Of a DNA stretch of 53,974 nucleotides, positions 37,194 to 48,032 are shown in pieces (within the stretch, counting starts at the first letter, position 1; every line of letters starts with the position of its first letter). The stretch spans positions 1 through 53,974 of IMG/VR virus record IMGVR_UViG_3300044648_000096, one strand, 5' to 3'. The notes under the pieces were generated by a model. The model did not search any database, was not told the DNA's origin, and saw only the letters and a list, made by a program, of their open reading frames with translations. Position numbers and translations under genes: made by a program. This DNA is from a virus (Duplodnaviria; Caudoviricetes).

Positions 37194-38798
37194 TTACTGA
37201 ATTAATTGATCTGTTGGTACAGCAAAGAATTCGCTGATAGTTACCGCAGGGTCGCCACCACCAATATTCAAGTGCTGATAGAAAGCAATCATTTCATCGC
37301 CAGCATCAAACACTAAATCAGTAGTTCCAGCAGAATATACCGGGTATTCAGTTCCGTTTAAGAAACAAGTAACATTACCATTGATGTCAACCTTAACCCA
37401 CATCATAGCTGAAACAGCATCAGTGAAGTTTACGGCTGTATCAGTAGCAACAGTAGCAGCGTTATTTAAAATACCAAAGGTATAAACACTGTCGCCGTCA
37501 GCAGCACCACCGCCAATAGCGGCTAGGTCAGTATAGTCGTTGTAGTCAGCAGTGTAAACTGCTTTCTTACGGAAACCGAAGATAAACTGAGTGTCAGTCC
37601 AATCAGCAGCCACAACGCGGCAACCTACCATGAAAGGAGTCTTGCCAACGATAAACGACTGATCGCCTAATGTTTGCTGATTAGCAGATGTGTGAGAACC
37701 TTCGCCAGCAGTGTCATCTTGATCTAACAATAGACCAGCGGCAGCAAGAACCGGGGCAACAATAGTTTGAGTACCGATGTTTGTACGATTCATTGGGGTA
37801 TAACGAGATAACTGCCATCCTAATGTGTTGGCTGTACCTGTCGGAGCAGCACCTAGTGGGTCTTGGAACACGATAGGGGCATCAAACCACTCTTGCAGAG
37901 TAGAAGCATCACCTTCGTAAACCTGAACCATTAATTTGTGCATTACGCGCTCAAACGCTTTAAATCCTGTAAGGTTAGTTGTAGAAGAACCTGTTCCGTT
38001 GTCAGCATAAACAATCTGAACCTTTGGAACATAAGCTAATTGACCTTTTTGATTATGAGCAGCAGCAGTTGTCAAAGAAGTGATTGCAAATCCATCGTAA
38101 TTCTGACCACTAGTTGCGTAAGCACCAGCAGTAGTTTTAGGAGCAACACCACCAAGATAACCTGAAATAAGATTACCCCACATTTGGTCGATAACTGGTC
38201 GCCATTCAGCAAGATCAGCACCAACACCAAAGCTGTAAACAGCAGCGGTAGTTACTGAGTAGTTGTCATCAGCAAAGCCAGTTCCGTCAGCGTTAGTACA
38301 AGGACGAACAGTAGAAGCACCTAAACGGGCAGTCATACCTTGCTCTGGCACTGGATAATATCCAGCATCATCAGTGATAGAAAGTCCTGTTCCTAATAGC
38401 AAAGAAGCAGCAGTAACGAAGTTACCAGTGTCAGCATTGATCTTAGAAACTAATTCACCATGAATTGCTTCGCGCTGTAAAGCGGCAGTAGCACCCAAAG
38501 TTGTGATTACAGGAGGGGTTACATAAGTGTAACGCTTTAGAACTTCCTGTACACCATTACGGGTACGGTTAGTGTCGCCAATTTCGATTGTGTAAGCTGT
38601 ACTTGCTGTTGGAGTGTAAGATGTTGCGCCTACACTAACTACTTGTACTACTTCCGCACGATATTTTGTTTGGAGAATTGAGGTAATGTTTCTTTTGTCT
38701 GTACCACTCAGACCTGCGATGGTTACTACACCACCACTGCTTTGAATGTCACTCGCTGCCGAGCTTGCACTCAAAACTGATTCATTGATTGGTTTCAT
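37194..38798 (-). CDS. Structural protein (auxiliary capsid/decoration-like)
   Basis: 534 aa with strongly biased codons like the MCP; has its own promoter. Confidence 0.65.
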   Translation of the reverse strand: MKPINESVLSASSAASDIQSSGGVVTIAGLSGTDKRNITSILQTKYRAEVVQVVSVGATSYTPTASTAYTIEIGDTNRTRNGVQEVLKRYTYVTPPVITTLGATAALQREAIHGELVSKINADTGNFVTAASLLLGTGLSITDDAGYYPVPEQGMTARLGASTVRPCTNADGTGFADDNYSVTTAAVYSFGVGADLAEWRPVIDQMWGNLISGYLGGVAPKTTAGAYATSGQNYDGFAITSLTTAAAHNQKGQLAYVPKVQIVYADNGTGSSTTNLTGFKAFERVMHKLMVQVYEGDASTLQEWFDAPIVFQDPLGAAPTGTANTLGWQLSRYTPMNRTNIGTQTIVAPVLAAAGLLLDQDDTAGEGSHTSANQQTLGDQSFIVGKTPFMVGCRVVAADWTDTQFIFGFRKKAVYTADYNDYTDLAAIGGGAADGDSVYTFGILNNAATVATDTAVNFTDAVSAMMWVKVDINGNVTCFLNGTEYPVYSAGTTDLVFDAGDEMIAFYQHLNIGGGDPAVTISEFFAVPTDQLIQ

Positions 38799-38826
38799 AA
38801 TTGATTTTTTTTAATTGATTATGAAC

Positions 38827-38857
38827 CAAATGTACTAAACAATAGATGTTATAACAT
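38827..38857 (-). promoter_or_regulatory. Bacteroidota-type -7 element plus ATGTTATAACAT palindrome
   Basis: TACATTTG on the - strand (38827-38834); palindrome at 38846-38857. Confidence 0.6.
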
Positions 38858-38891
38858 TAAATGTTTCCACATTTAATTAACACCTTAATTT

Positions 38892-39671
38892 TTACTGTTC
38901 AGCTTGCTTTGAGATTTTATCTGCGAATGCAGATTTGTCGTATGCAGAGATTCCGCCCTGTAAGATTTGAGCCATTGTTCTTGCTAAATCTTCGTGCATA
39001 ACATCGGGTAAATTGCTTGTAAGAGTTTTAGAAGCAAGTATTACTTGACCACTTGTTAGGTTAGTATTGGCGGAAGTAAATTGATCGCCCGGATTGTAAT
39101 TAACGCTATTATGTGTAGAAGGAGCGGTACAGATATAAGATGTGGCGTTTACTAAAACACCAGTTCCTTCATTAATAAGGTCAGATTCGGTTCCTATTGT
39201 GTAATTTGCGGGAGCTATAAGATAGTTTAATTCCCCCGCCAAAGTGCCGCCTAAGCCTCTATAAAGAGTCCACCCAGTCGAATCCTCTAAGTGATACACC
39301 TTTGAATTACTTGGCTTACGGAAAGAACACAATAGCAATGGATTTAACTCATTATTATTGATGGGCTTCACATACGCCCTCTCGCCATCCACAAGTAAGT
39401 CTAGGAAGCTTAAATAATGATAATCGGTAGGATAATTGATGTGGTTAATAGTGAATTCAGTCCCCACCGAAGTTGTTGTAATGGTAGCTGTTATTTTTTT
39501 AAGAAGCGTGTATAATTTCTCACGAATAGATACTTCATTCTTTTTGTACATATCAAATATAATCATCTGAGCTTCCCGCCCGGCATTGTTATACTGATTG
39601 AATGAAAATCTACCAGACCTTGATCTGTCCATGTAAAAATCACATCTTTCCCTTATTTGTACACTATTCAT
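38892..39671 (-). CDS. Head-tail adaptor/ring protein
   Basis: 259 aa; synteny; C-terminal LPDVMHEDL motif. Confidence 0.6.
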   Translation of the reverse strand: MNSVQIRERCDFYMDRSRSGRFSFNQYNNAGREAQMIIFDMYKKNEVSIREKLYTLLKKITATITTTSVGTEFTINHINYPTDYHYLSFLDLLVDGERAYVKPINNNELNPLLLCSFRKPSNSKVYHLEDSTGWTLYRGLGGTLAGELNYLIAPANYTIGTESDLINEGTGVLVNATSYICTAPSTHNSVNYNPGDQFTSANTNLTSGQVILASKTLTSNLPDVMHEDLARTMAQILQGGISAYDKSAFADKISKQAEQ

Positions 39672-39723
39672 TACAATATTTGTAAATTAAATTAGCACTA
39701 AATTATTATTACAGTATTTGTAA

Positions 39724-39751
39724 AAAAGCGGGGTTTTTAGCCCCGCCGTTT
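39724..39751 (-). terminator. Intrinsic terminator
   Basis: GCGGGG...CCCCGC stem followed by a T-run on the - strand. Confidence 0.65.
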
Positions 39752-39755
39752 ACGT

Positions 39756-40895
39756 TTATTTTTTAGCTTCTGCTAGTTTTGCTTTAAGCTTATCCATGCT
39801 ATCACGGTTCGGCTTATACAAATGCAGTCCTTTAAACTTTAAAGTTTTTGCCTCAGCAATCAGTTCGTTAAATTCTTTTTCTAACGGATTAGAAATAGAA
39901 TCTTCGCCTACTGTTTCGCGTATCTTCGACGCTGCTAGATCAGCATTTTGTTTCTTCAAAGCTTCAAGTTCTTTCTTCATCACTTCAAGCTCAATATCCT
40001 TGTCGTCTTTCGCTGCCGACATTGAACTTGAATTTCCTTTCATAATTTTTTCTGACTGAGATATTTTTTCTTTTGATCTCAAATCAATAGTCGTAAGAAC
40101 ATCCGAGTGGTCTTGCAAGAACTTAACCGCAAGATCAAACGTATGCCCAAACGTATATCCATGAAACTTATAACCAACGGTTAAGTCATGCTCAATCACG
40201 CCTGTTTGTAATGCGCGGTTAAACACTGTTATAATTCCAAGATTAGGGTTTTCATGCACTGATAAAAATTCCGCTGGCTCTTTTTCCGCTTTCTTTAGAA
40301 CCTCTGCTTGAACCATTGTATAACTCATGTGGTTCGGGTCAAATCCTAAGTTACGAGCGTAATCAAACAATTCCTGACCATGTAATCCCTTAGCGATAGT
40401 AACCGCACGTTGACCTTTCTCAATACGCATAATTTCGTTATGAGCGGCTTTGTCCTTGTCTACTACGCGGAATAAATGGTGTTTAATGTTATGTGACAGA
40501 TTTGGAGAATCCACCACAATAGGACTCTTTGATAAGATGCAAGCTTTACGAGCTTCGGCGGGAATAGTACGGTCAAATACATTAATCATTCCTAAAGGAA
40601 ATCTTTTCCATTTAGGCTGACCACTTTTAGTAAAGCCGTTAAATTCTCCGTAATAAAGCCCCGATGCTTTGTCGAGTACCGCCGGACAAGAAAAGTCCGT
40701 AGTTCTCATTCTTTCAAAATCTCTTTTCTTTATAGCTTCATATTCTACGATTCCTTCTGTTGGACAAACATCAGGGTTATCAAGATTTGCTACTTTAAAT
40801 TCTAATCCATCGTTGTTCCTAAACACGATGTAAAGTGGCTTACCACTCTTTGTTCTTGGAATACCAACTGTGTTGGTTGCTTCTGCAATTTCCAT
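39756..40895 (-). CDS. Conserved crAss-like protein downstream of the MCP
   Basis: 379 aa; synteny; coiled-coil C-terminus. Confidence 0.6.
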   Translation of the reverse strand: MEIAEATNTVGIPRTKSGKPLYIVFRNNDGLEFKVANLDNPDVCPTEGIVEYEAIKKRDFERMRTTDFSCPAVLDKASGLYYGEFNGFTKSGQPKWKRFPLGMINVFDRTIPAEARKACILSKSPIVVDSPNLSHNIKHHLFRVVDKDKAAHNEIMRIEKGQRAVTIAKGLHGQELFDYARNLGFDPNHMSYTMVQAEVLKKAEKEPAEFLSVHENPNLGIITVFNRALQTGVIEHDLTVGYKFHGYTFGHTFDLAVKFLQDHSDVLTTIDLRSKEKISQSEKIMKGNSSSMSAAKDDKDIELEVMKKELEALKKQNADLAASKIRETVGEDSISNPLEKEFNELIAEAKTLKFKGLHLYKPNRDSMDKLKAKLAEAKK

Positions 40896-40924
40896 TTTGT
40901 TGTTTTTTGTTTTGATTTATAAAT

Positions 40925-40956
40925 AAGCGGCGAGTTTTTATCCCCGCCGCCTTTTT
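40925..40956 (-). terminator. Terminator-like hairpin after the MCP
   Basis: GCGGCG...CGCCGC stem. Confidence 0.55.
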
Positions 40957-40964
40957 GATTTTTA

Positions 40965-42446
40965 TTACGCTGCCTTGTAAAGGATACCGCAAAGTGTCGG
41001 GTTGTATACGCAAAGCATATCTTCCTTCAACATTGCTACCTTATCAGCATCAACTTCTGACTGAACTAATCCTTTAGAACCAGTTAAACCAATATAAGAT
41101 GCCTCTACGCTTGAACGGTTAACACCGTTAGCTTCTTTACAAAGGATTTCCATTGTAGGTTGGTCATCAGTGCTGATACCCATTGCGAAGTATGTAGATG
41201 ACATTAAAGAACGTCCATCTGCACCAACTTCTGGGAACAGTTGCTCATCATCAAACATTGGGTCAAGCACGAAATACGCGCTGTTTCCATTGATGTTGAA
41301 CTTAGTGAAGTTGTAACCAACTTCTACCTCAGCACCACCAGCTTGTGAGCTTTGAGTGATGTTCTGAACCATTGTGATGTTCTGATTACCAGAAAGGTTA
41401 ACCATCTTCTGTTGAGCATTCTCATACCCATCAGTTCCAGTTAAGAATACCCATACGATGTTCTGAACTTGGTTAGAACTCTTTTGCATGGTTTTCATCA
41501 AATCAGCAAAGTCATCTTCTGTTGCCTCACCGTTAGTTCCTGAACCAGTCGCTACGTTTGTAGAAGATACTTGTTCTTCCCATCCGTCACCGATCATAAT
41601 TGGAAGCCCGGTTTCAGGGTCGTTACCAAGTTTTGATTCAGTTGCTAAAGAGCCGTCAGAATTCTTCATAGAAGATACTGAGAACTTCTTGTGACGCTCG
41701 TTTTCCATAGCGTACTGTGCGCGAGCTTGCTCTACTGCCCAATACATCCATCCAATTTGCGCTCCGTCTGCATATTCATACCAAAGAATATCCGACTTTG
41801 CACTACCAGTGATGGCAATAGTCTTACGTTGGATAGTCATGTGGTTGATATAAGTATCAGGGTGCTTTGAACGGCTATCTGACCTTAGTGAACCTTCTGA
41901 GTAAGAAGTAAAGAGCGGGAAACAAGTTTTGATTGACCCTACGTGAGTTGCGTAAACAAACGCAGTTCCAGTTACCGACTTGAAGTTATATACATAACCT
42001 GTTGCGCTAGAACCAGAAGCATAACTCATTACACGAGCTTGGTAACCGCTAGAAAAACGAACTACTTGACCCGGATAAAGGTAAGTGTCTTGCATTTTAA
42101 GGCTGAAATCGCCATTTGCGCCTGATGCTCCTACTTGAGAAAGGATTGTGGCTGCTTTTTCGATACGTCCGATTACATCAAAACGATAAGCATTGTTTCC
42201 AATACCTTTTGACTCGTTCATCTTTGGAACCTTAGTATCTACTTTTCCGTTGATTCCATAACGTCCTACCGCGCCGGAGGTTAGGTAAGTCATCATATAA
42301 CGCTTGTTACGGAACTCAAGCATTTTGCGGTAAGCTGGCTTAACCGCTTGATTTGTGATTAAATCATTTTGTGTTGTACAAGTATCTGCGTTGTACGTAC
42401 CCCTTTTAATATTAATTTGACCGGGGTTAGTTGGTGCTACTGACAT
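40965..42446 (-). CDS. Major capsid protein (HK97 fold, crAss-like)
   Basis: 493 aa in terminase-portal-scaffold-MCP order; YSEGS...NHMTIQRK..ITG motif; highly biased codons. Confidence 0.8.
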   Translation of the reverse strand: MSVAPTNPGQINIKRGTYNADTCTTQNDLITNQAVKPAYRKMLEFRNKRYMMTYLTSGAVGRYGINGKVDTKVPKMNESKGIGNNAYRFDVIGRIEKAATILSQVGASGANGDFSLKMQDTYLYPGQVVRFSSGYQARVMSYASGSSATGYVYNFKSVTGTAFVYATHVGSIKTCFPLFTSYSEGSLRSDSRSKHPDTYINHMTIQRKTIAITGSAKSDILWYEYADGAQIGWMYWAVEQARAQYAMENERHKKFSVSSMKNSDGSLATESKLGNDPETGLPIMIGDGWEEQVSSTNVATGSGTNGEATEDDFADLMKTMQKSSNQVQNIVWVFLTGTDGYENAQQKMVNLSGNQNITMVQNITQSSQAGGAEVEVGYNFTKFNINGNSAYFVLDPMFDDEQLFPEVGADGRSLMSSTYFAMGISTDDQPTMEILCKEANGVNRSSVEASYIGLTGSKGLVQSEVDADKVAMLKEDMLCVYNPTLCGILYKAA

Positions 42447-42503
42447 TTTATTTTTGTTTTAAGTTTGACATTTATTTTTTTGTCAATCCTTAAATCAAAA
42501 AAG

Positions 42504-43679
42504 TTATCTTCCAAAATCTGCTTCTAATCTTTGTTCTACTGCTGTTTTGTCTTTTGCGGAGACATCCACCCTGTTTGCATTACCTTGTGTAAGCGGGGGA
42601 ACGTTGTGTTGTTTGGATTTTTGATCTAAAAGAACTTTTTCGCGCACTCTGGCCTCGAAGTCTTTTATGCCTTGTTTACCAAACTTATTATACAAGAGAT
42701 AATCAACTTTCTGTTCAGGGGTTCCCGGAGCTTTTAGATAAAAGTCCGAACTCAATTCTTGCAACAACTGAGGTTTAATAGCATCAGGAATCTTTCTGTC
42801 CATATACGTTTGAACTCTGTCAAGCGCGGTTTTTAGGAGTAAAGTTTTCTGATTGCGTTCTTGTTCCTGAACTTGTTTTTGATTTTCTGTATATTCTCTT
42901 AATTTTATTTCTCTTTCTGCGTTTAATTTCTTTTCGTATGAGTCAAGTTTAAAATCAATAAGCCCTGCCTCTTTATCTATCAATCCACCCTCTACAAGCT
43001 TATTAAATTCATAATCCACCAACTCAGGTGTCATCCCGGATTGCTCCAAATTGAAACGAACCTTTTGCTCAGGCGACAATGCTTTGAATGATCGTAATTG
43101 GTCAAACGGCTCATTAATCTCAGCCAGTGTTTTCCCCGACTTTAGCTCATCCATTAAAAGACGGGCTTCGGGGGTGTATTCTGATAAAAATACTTCGCGA
43201 TCAAACTTCTGTGCCTTTTCAACCTCTTGTTTTAAGCGGTTTTCAAATGACTGCTTAAAATACTCGTACCCTTTTTCTTCCGAATAATCTTGGGGTACTT
43301 CCCCGCCGATTTCGGCAATAAGGTCTTTCCACGAACCACCATCGGCTTCTTCCTGAGTGGTAGCTTCTGCTGTTTCAAGCGACCATTCATCTTCCTTTGG
43401 TTTAGCGGCATTCTCAGCTTTTTTAGCCTCTATTTCTTCTTTAGTGGCTGTTTCTGCTAATCCAAGTTCTTTTGCCTCATTAGCCAATGCCTGTTTTTCT
43501 TCGGCGGTTGGTTCTGTGGTTGCGGTTTGAGTGTTTTGGGTTTCTGTATTTGTTTCGGTTGTGGTTGTTTCCGCGCCGAAATCTGACAGAAGCCTATCCT
43601 CTACGGATACGGTTGTTGTAGCATTATTTTCAGTCTGTGACTGCACTGTTTCAGTGGATGCTTGGTTTTCTGTTGACAT
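42504..43679 (-). CDS. Scaffold-like acidic protein
   Basis: Glu/Thr-rich N-terminus; lies between portal and MCP. Confidence 0.65.
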   Translation of the reverse strand: MSTENQASTETVQSQTENNATTTVSVEDRLLSDFGAETTTTETNTETQNTQTATTEPTAEEKQALANEAKELGLAETATKEEIEAKKAENAAKPKEDEWSLETAEATTQEEADGGSWKDLIAEIGGEVPQDYSEEKGYEYFKQSFENRLKQEVEKAQKFDREVFLSEYTPEARLLMDELKSGKTLAEINEPFDQLRSFKALSPEQKVRFNLEQSGMTPELVDYEFNKLVEGGLIDKEAGLIDFKLDSYEKKLNAEREIKLREYTENQKQVQEQERNQKTLLLKTALDRVQTYMDRKIPDAIKPQLLQELSSDFYLKAPGTPEQKVDYLLYNKFGKQGIKDFEARVREKVLLDQKSKQHNVPPLTQGNANRVDVSAKDKTAVEQRLEADFGR

Positions 43680-43698
43680 TTATAATAAATTATTTAAA

Positions 43699-43722
43699 CA
43701 AATATAAATAGATGTTATAACA
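43699..43722 (-). promoter_or_regulatory. Bacteroidota-type -7 element plus TGTTATAACA palindrome
   Basis: TATATTTG on the - strand (43699-43706); palindrome at 43713-43722. Confidence 0.6.
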
Positions 43723-43750
43723 CACAATTCATAAGTTATTAACACTCACA

Positions 43751-45961
43751 TTATTCTGAGAGCATATCATTTGACATTTTGTGATTTTGCTCAATAACTT
43801 TGTTCTTTGCTTTATTGTCATCGACTTCCATTTGCACTTTACCTTTCAGCATAATATCATTGGAAGCTTGGTTTTGGCGATCTTCTCTGTCCTCTTGAGC
43901 GATCTGTAAGTTTGTTTGAAGTTGTTGTTGTTGCATTTGCATTTGCGCCTCACGGTCTGCTTGCGCTGACTCCTGAGCTATTTGCTGCACTCTTTGAAGT
44001 GATTCGCGGAAAATATTCTCAGCCTCAACAGTAGTCTCAGCCATTTCAAATCTCAAAGCATCTAAAGCACTTATTTCTTTGGTATTCATTCCAAACTCAA
44101 TATAAGCCCTCATGCGACTTCTTAATTCATTGTACTTGCCACCATCGTTAATATGCACACCATAATCCCTATATCCCAACTCGCGGGTGACTTGCATATA
44201 CTTATACTTCTCACTGCCTAGTATCTGCTCACCCTTGTCAAGTTTGTAAAACGCCCAGCTTACTTTTGTAGCCTCTACAATCTTTGTCATTACATTCTCG
44301 ACAAATAATTGCATCTGATAAAACAACGGTTCTGTCATTGTTCTACTTGCTTTAATCGCATCTTGAGAATTTGTTACAGTGGCGGAAGCGGCTATTTGTC
44401 CTTGTCGATTATCGTTAATCCCGGTAAGTCTATCTAGCGTATTTAAAAGCGTATCAAGTAATGCTAATATTCCTTCAAAGGATTGACTAAAACCAAGATC
44501 GTGTTCTTGCATCATTGATTTTAAATCAAGATTTTTCCCTGAGAAGTTTCCTGATGCTGCTGAGTTTGTAGTAATAAACCCATCATTCACCGCGTCATAC
44601 ATCAATTTCTTTAAAGTGGTGTTCTTTGGCAACGCAGCTAAGTCATACGCTAAAATCTTTCCTTTTGCCCTGTTAAGCTCTTTCATTAATTGGTACATCC
44701 CAATATCAAAAGCGGTATCAAAGTTCTCTATAACCTGCTGTAAAGGGATTCTGATACCGTCTACGGTTCCGAACAAACATCCAACATAAGAACTATCCAA
44801 AATATACGCTGGCGCATCATGGCTTCTCATTTGGAATGGCTTACGCCTCATGTTTACATCAAGCTCAGGCAAGCCACCAATTCGCGTAGCTTCCCATAAA
44901 TCTTCTTCCCACCCGGTTTCAATTTTGAAATGTCCTTTCTCCACACCCTTATCGTATTTAGCCTTGTTTGGCTCATATACATCATAAGGGATTTCATTCA
45001 TAATTTCAGTGGTAGTATCATCATAAGCCAACTGATTTGGGGTCTTTGGCATTATTTTATAATAAGACGGTTTAACTGATTTCCATTCTATATGAAGCAC
45101 AGTACACATTACCCCGCCTCCTTCGCCTTTAGCTAGCATACCCCGGCTTTGGCGTATATATGTTTCAGGATTTTGCTGCACATTGTACAATAAATCCCTT
45201 TGTTCTTTAGTTAATTCATACCTACGCAATACCTCATGGATAGGCATACGCATTCTGCATCCTTTGATCGGACTTTTCTCAATGAAATCATCCCCTTCTA
45301 TTTCTTCGTAAATGAAATCACGCGGGTCAATCTTCATAAAATCAACATCACCCTTTTCATTTATTTCAATCTTAGCAAAACACTTCCCGGTAATCCTTGC
45401 ATCTAAAAAACACTCTCCAAATTTCTTTACAAGTTTTAATGCTTTGATTTGCTCATTGACAATAATCTGCATTATATCTTCTTGCTTGTCCTTTGGACTC
45501 ATCTTTGCCCACAGAGGGTCGTCCTCACTCTCAGGTACGGGCGCACCTTCCATTACGTCTACCCCGGCTATTTCTTTTAATTCCGCTAATTCATCCTTAG
45601 CGATCATTGCTCCCATCATAAAATCCATTGCCGCCATCTTTTCAGATTTAGCCTGAATGTTTACGGTTTCAACAGTAGCGTTTAATGGTCTTGTTAACCA
45701 CTCTCCGCTCAATAAATCTTGTTTGGTTCTCCCCACGCGATAGGCAATGAATTTAGCCCTGTTCTGCACACCGTAAGTAGCTTCTAGCCACTTTATACTA
45801 TCGGGAGATTTAACGCCGTTATATGAGTTATAAAGCCGCGTAGCTTTATTTCTTTCGTTGTCTGCGTTGTTTAATAATGATTCTGCGTAGTCTAAGTGTT
45901 TTTTACACCATTCTGGTGTCTTTTCACTTTGCGGAATATCCTGTCTTGGAAAAATTGACAT
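43751..45961 (-). CDS. Portal protein
   Basis: 736 aa after the terminase; FPRQ.IP..EKT.EW start, LTGINDNRQGQI, Gln-rich C-terminal barrel helix. Confidence 0.85.
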   Translation of the reverse strand: MSIFPRQDIPQSEKTPEWCKKHLDYAESLLNNADNERNKATRLYNSYNGVKSPDSIKWLEATYGVQNRAKFIAYRVGRTKQDLLSGEWLTRPLNATVETVNIQAKSEKMAAMDFMMGAMIAKDELAELKEIAGVDVMEGAPVPESEDDPLWAKMSPKDKQEDIMQIIVNEQIKALKLVKKFGECFLDARITGKCFAKIEINEKGDVDFMKIDPRDFIYEEIEGDDFIEKSPIKGCRMRMPIHEVLRRYELTKEQRDLLYNVQQNPETYIRQSRGMLAKGEGGGVMCTVLHIEWKSVKPSYYKIMPKTPNQLAYDDTTTEIMNEIPYDVYEPNKAKYDKGVEKGHFKIETGWEEDLWEATRIGGLPELDVNMRRKPFQMRSHDAPAYILDSSYVGCLFGTVDGIRIPLQQVIENFDTAFDIGMYQLMKELNRAKGKILAYDLAALPKNTTLKKLMYDAVNDGFITTNSAASGNFSGKNLDLKSMMQEHDLGFSQSFEGILALLDTLLNTLDRLTGINDNRQGQIAASATVTNSQDAIKASRTMTEPLFYQMQLFVENVMTKIVEATKVSWAFYKLDKGEQILGSEKYKYMQVTRELGYRDYGVHINDGGKYNELRSRMRAYIEFGMNTKEISALDALRFEMAETTVEAENIFRESLQRVQQIAQESAQADREAQMQMQQQQLQTNLQIAQEDREDRQNQASNDIMLKGKVQMEVDDNKAKNKVIEQNHKMSNDMLSE

Positions 45962-45981
45962 ACTATGGGTAGATTATTACC

Positions 45982-46003
45982 CAAATATATGTTATAACAT
46001 CTA
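45982..46003 (-). promoter_or_regulatory. Bacteroidota-type -7 element plus ATGTTATAACAT palindrome
   Basis: TATATTTG on the - strand (45982-45989); palindrome at 45989-46000. Confidence 0.6.
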
Positions 46004-46022
46004 ATTTGTATTAATAACTTAT

Positions 46023-48032
46023 TCACATCCAACGTTTAGGATGGTCATGCTCATCACCCAAGAACGGGTTTAAGTTTTCTAACGGAACAACATTCCCATT
46101 TTTATCCTGTTGCCAAGAGCCTAAATCAAGAATATCAGGGTTATTCCAATCCTCTTTATTGCGCGGCTGGATTTCAAATGAAACATCTTGCATCAGAGCC
46201 ATGCCATAAGCATCAGCAAGGTCATTATCTGAGCCAATATAAGCTATATCGAAGTTTTGTAATTGATTTAATAATTCAGGGAACCATATCTGATTGCAGA
46301 AATAATCCACCGCCGACTGCATTAATCCCAACATCAACGGCTTGCTATAATTATTAAGAGATACACCCCACAAATGGGTTTGCTCAGAATTTTCAGATTC
46401 AAATTTACGTGGGCGGTATGCTAAATACTGCGCCATACCTTTCATTTCAAAGTGCTTTATCACCCCTGCCGATCTTACGTCACAAAGCACAGCTTCATGT
46501 AAATTAAAATGCACAGCTAATTTACAGCACATTTCATAAAACAATTCTTTGCGTTCCGGGCGGCAACAAATAGTGGCAACCGGGGCTAATTGCAATGCGT
46601 TAGGAATAGTGTTTCGTCTTATAATAACACACATACCTCCTTTAGATTTTGAGGTACGCGACAAATCCTGATCGTAACCATCTGTCCCAGAGCAATATAA
46701 GTGGTCGTAACCTTTGATAGGAGCAAGATGGTCTTGGTGTATTAAAAAACAAACACCATCTTCTGTAACGCTATTATCAATTTTAACTTCGGTTTGCGCG
46801 GGGAATAAATACTCTCCTGTTTTTAAGTCTTTTTTCCATTCAATCTGACATCTTACATACTTCTTTGGACTTGACATAATCTTGTCCATTTGGTCATTCA
46901 TTATATCAGTATCAAAAGCATTTACGATGGTCTTTCTGAAAATGTCAGCTTCGGTTAAAGGGTAATCTTTTAAATGCTCTTGGTATTTTTCAGAGTTCTT
47001 ACCCTTCATTATCTCTTTTCTCTCCGCGATAATGGTTTCTTTTGCAGCCTCAGTATCTTCTACCCCAACAGACTCAAAAGTCTTGTATTCCTTCTCTAAA
47101 TTCGGAATTTTTGGGATTTCTAAAGAACATCCACCATAAAACGGTTTATGAAATCTCTCTGCGGTTACTAAGAACTTAATAAAGTTGTTTTCTTCCGCCT
47201 CGTGCCACATTTTTTGAAAATCGCGGCTTCCTTTATTCATGTTACCGCCTGTTCCCCACATCCAAAAATTACCAATTTGAATACTACCGTCCATAATACA
47301 GGGGCGAGTATGGCTATAAAATTTCTCCAAGTGTTCAAACTCCCCGCATTCCTCAGCCATAACATCTACCAACGCCAATCCTTTAAACAATGCGGGAGAT
47401 TGTTTCATTGTACGTACATAAATAGTATTACGCGTTCCCCCTTCAATTAAAGAGCCATCTTCCCCGCGAAACTTGTATCCGGCTATTACCTGATCGTCGT
47501 TGTCCTTTAATTTCTTTACTCGTAGTTCAGGCGGCAACATAGATTCTGATGTGCGCCATTTACGCATAAAATCCTGAGCGTATAAGTCTTGTCCCGCCGC
47601 AACACCACACTGATATGCACCATTACGAAATCTAAAGTCATAATCGACCTTTGCCTTTTGGAACAATTCAGACGCTCCAATACGGCGTTTCTTAGCGCAA
47701 ATGAAATTCTTCTTATTAGCAATGCAATACTCAATCAAATAGATCATTTCAAGGTGTAAATCCACCATGTCGGGCGAGATAATACCCGCCGCCGCCGCCA
47801 TTGAGTTAAAATTGAGGTAATAATAGTAGCGTCCCGGTATAAATAACCCGCCAGTTTGGTATCCGTTGGTGATGTAATATAATTGCTCGTTCCACCAATC
47901 TTCCCATTGTGGAGTGCCGATAACTTTAGGATTTCTTATTGAGTCTGCAAAATCAGGGATTCCGTACTTTACAATAGGATTTGGACAATAGTTTTTGCCC
48001 TTTCTGTATGGTGGGCGGGCAATTATACTCAT
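46023..48032 (-). CDS. terL: Terminase large subunit
   Basis: Walker A-like KKRRIGAS, Walker B-like VMAEECG, WGTGG, RNase H-type GTDGYD and DLADA. Confidence 0.9.
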   Translation of the reverse strand: MSIIARPPYRKGKNYCPNPIVKYGIPDFADSIRNPKVIGTPQWEDWWNEQLYYITNGYQTGGLFIPGRYYYYLNFNSMAAAAGIISPDMVDLHLEMIYLIEYCIANKKNFICAKKRRIGASELFQKAKVDYDFRFRNGAYQCGVAAGQDLYAQDFMRKWRTSESMLPPELRVKKLKDNDDQVIAGYKFRGEDGSLIEGGTRNTIYVRTMKQSPALFKGLALVDVMAEECGEFEHLEKFYSHTRPCIMDGSIQIGNFWMWGTGGNMNKGSRDFQKMWHEAEENNFIKFLVTAERFHKPFYGGCSLEIPKIPNLEKEYKTFESVGVEDTEAAKETIIAERKEIMKGKNSEKYQEHLKDYPLTEADIFRKTIVNAFDTDIMNDQMDKIMSSPKKYVRCQIEWKKDLKTGEYLFPAQTEVKIDNSVTEDGVCFLIHQDHLAPIKGYDHLYCSGTDGYDQDLSRTSKSKGGMCVIIRRNTIPNALQLAPVATICCRPERKELFYEMCCKLAVHFNLHEAVLCDVRSAGVIKHFEMKGMAQYLAYRPRKFESENSEQTHLWGVSLNNYSKPLMLGLMQSAVDYFCNQIWFPELLNQLQNFDIAYIGSDNDLADAYGMALMQDVSFEIQPRNKEDWNNPDILDLGSWQQDKNGNVVPLENLNPFLGDEHDHPKRWM

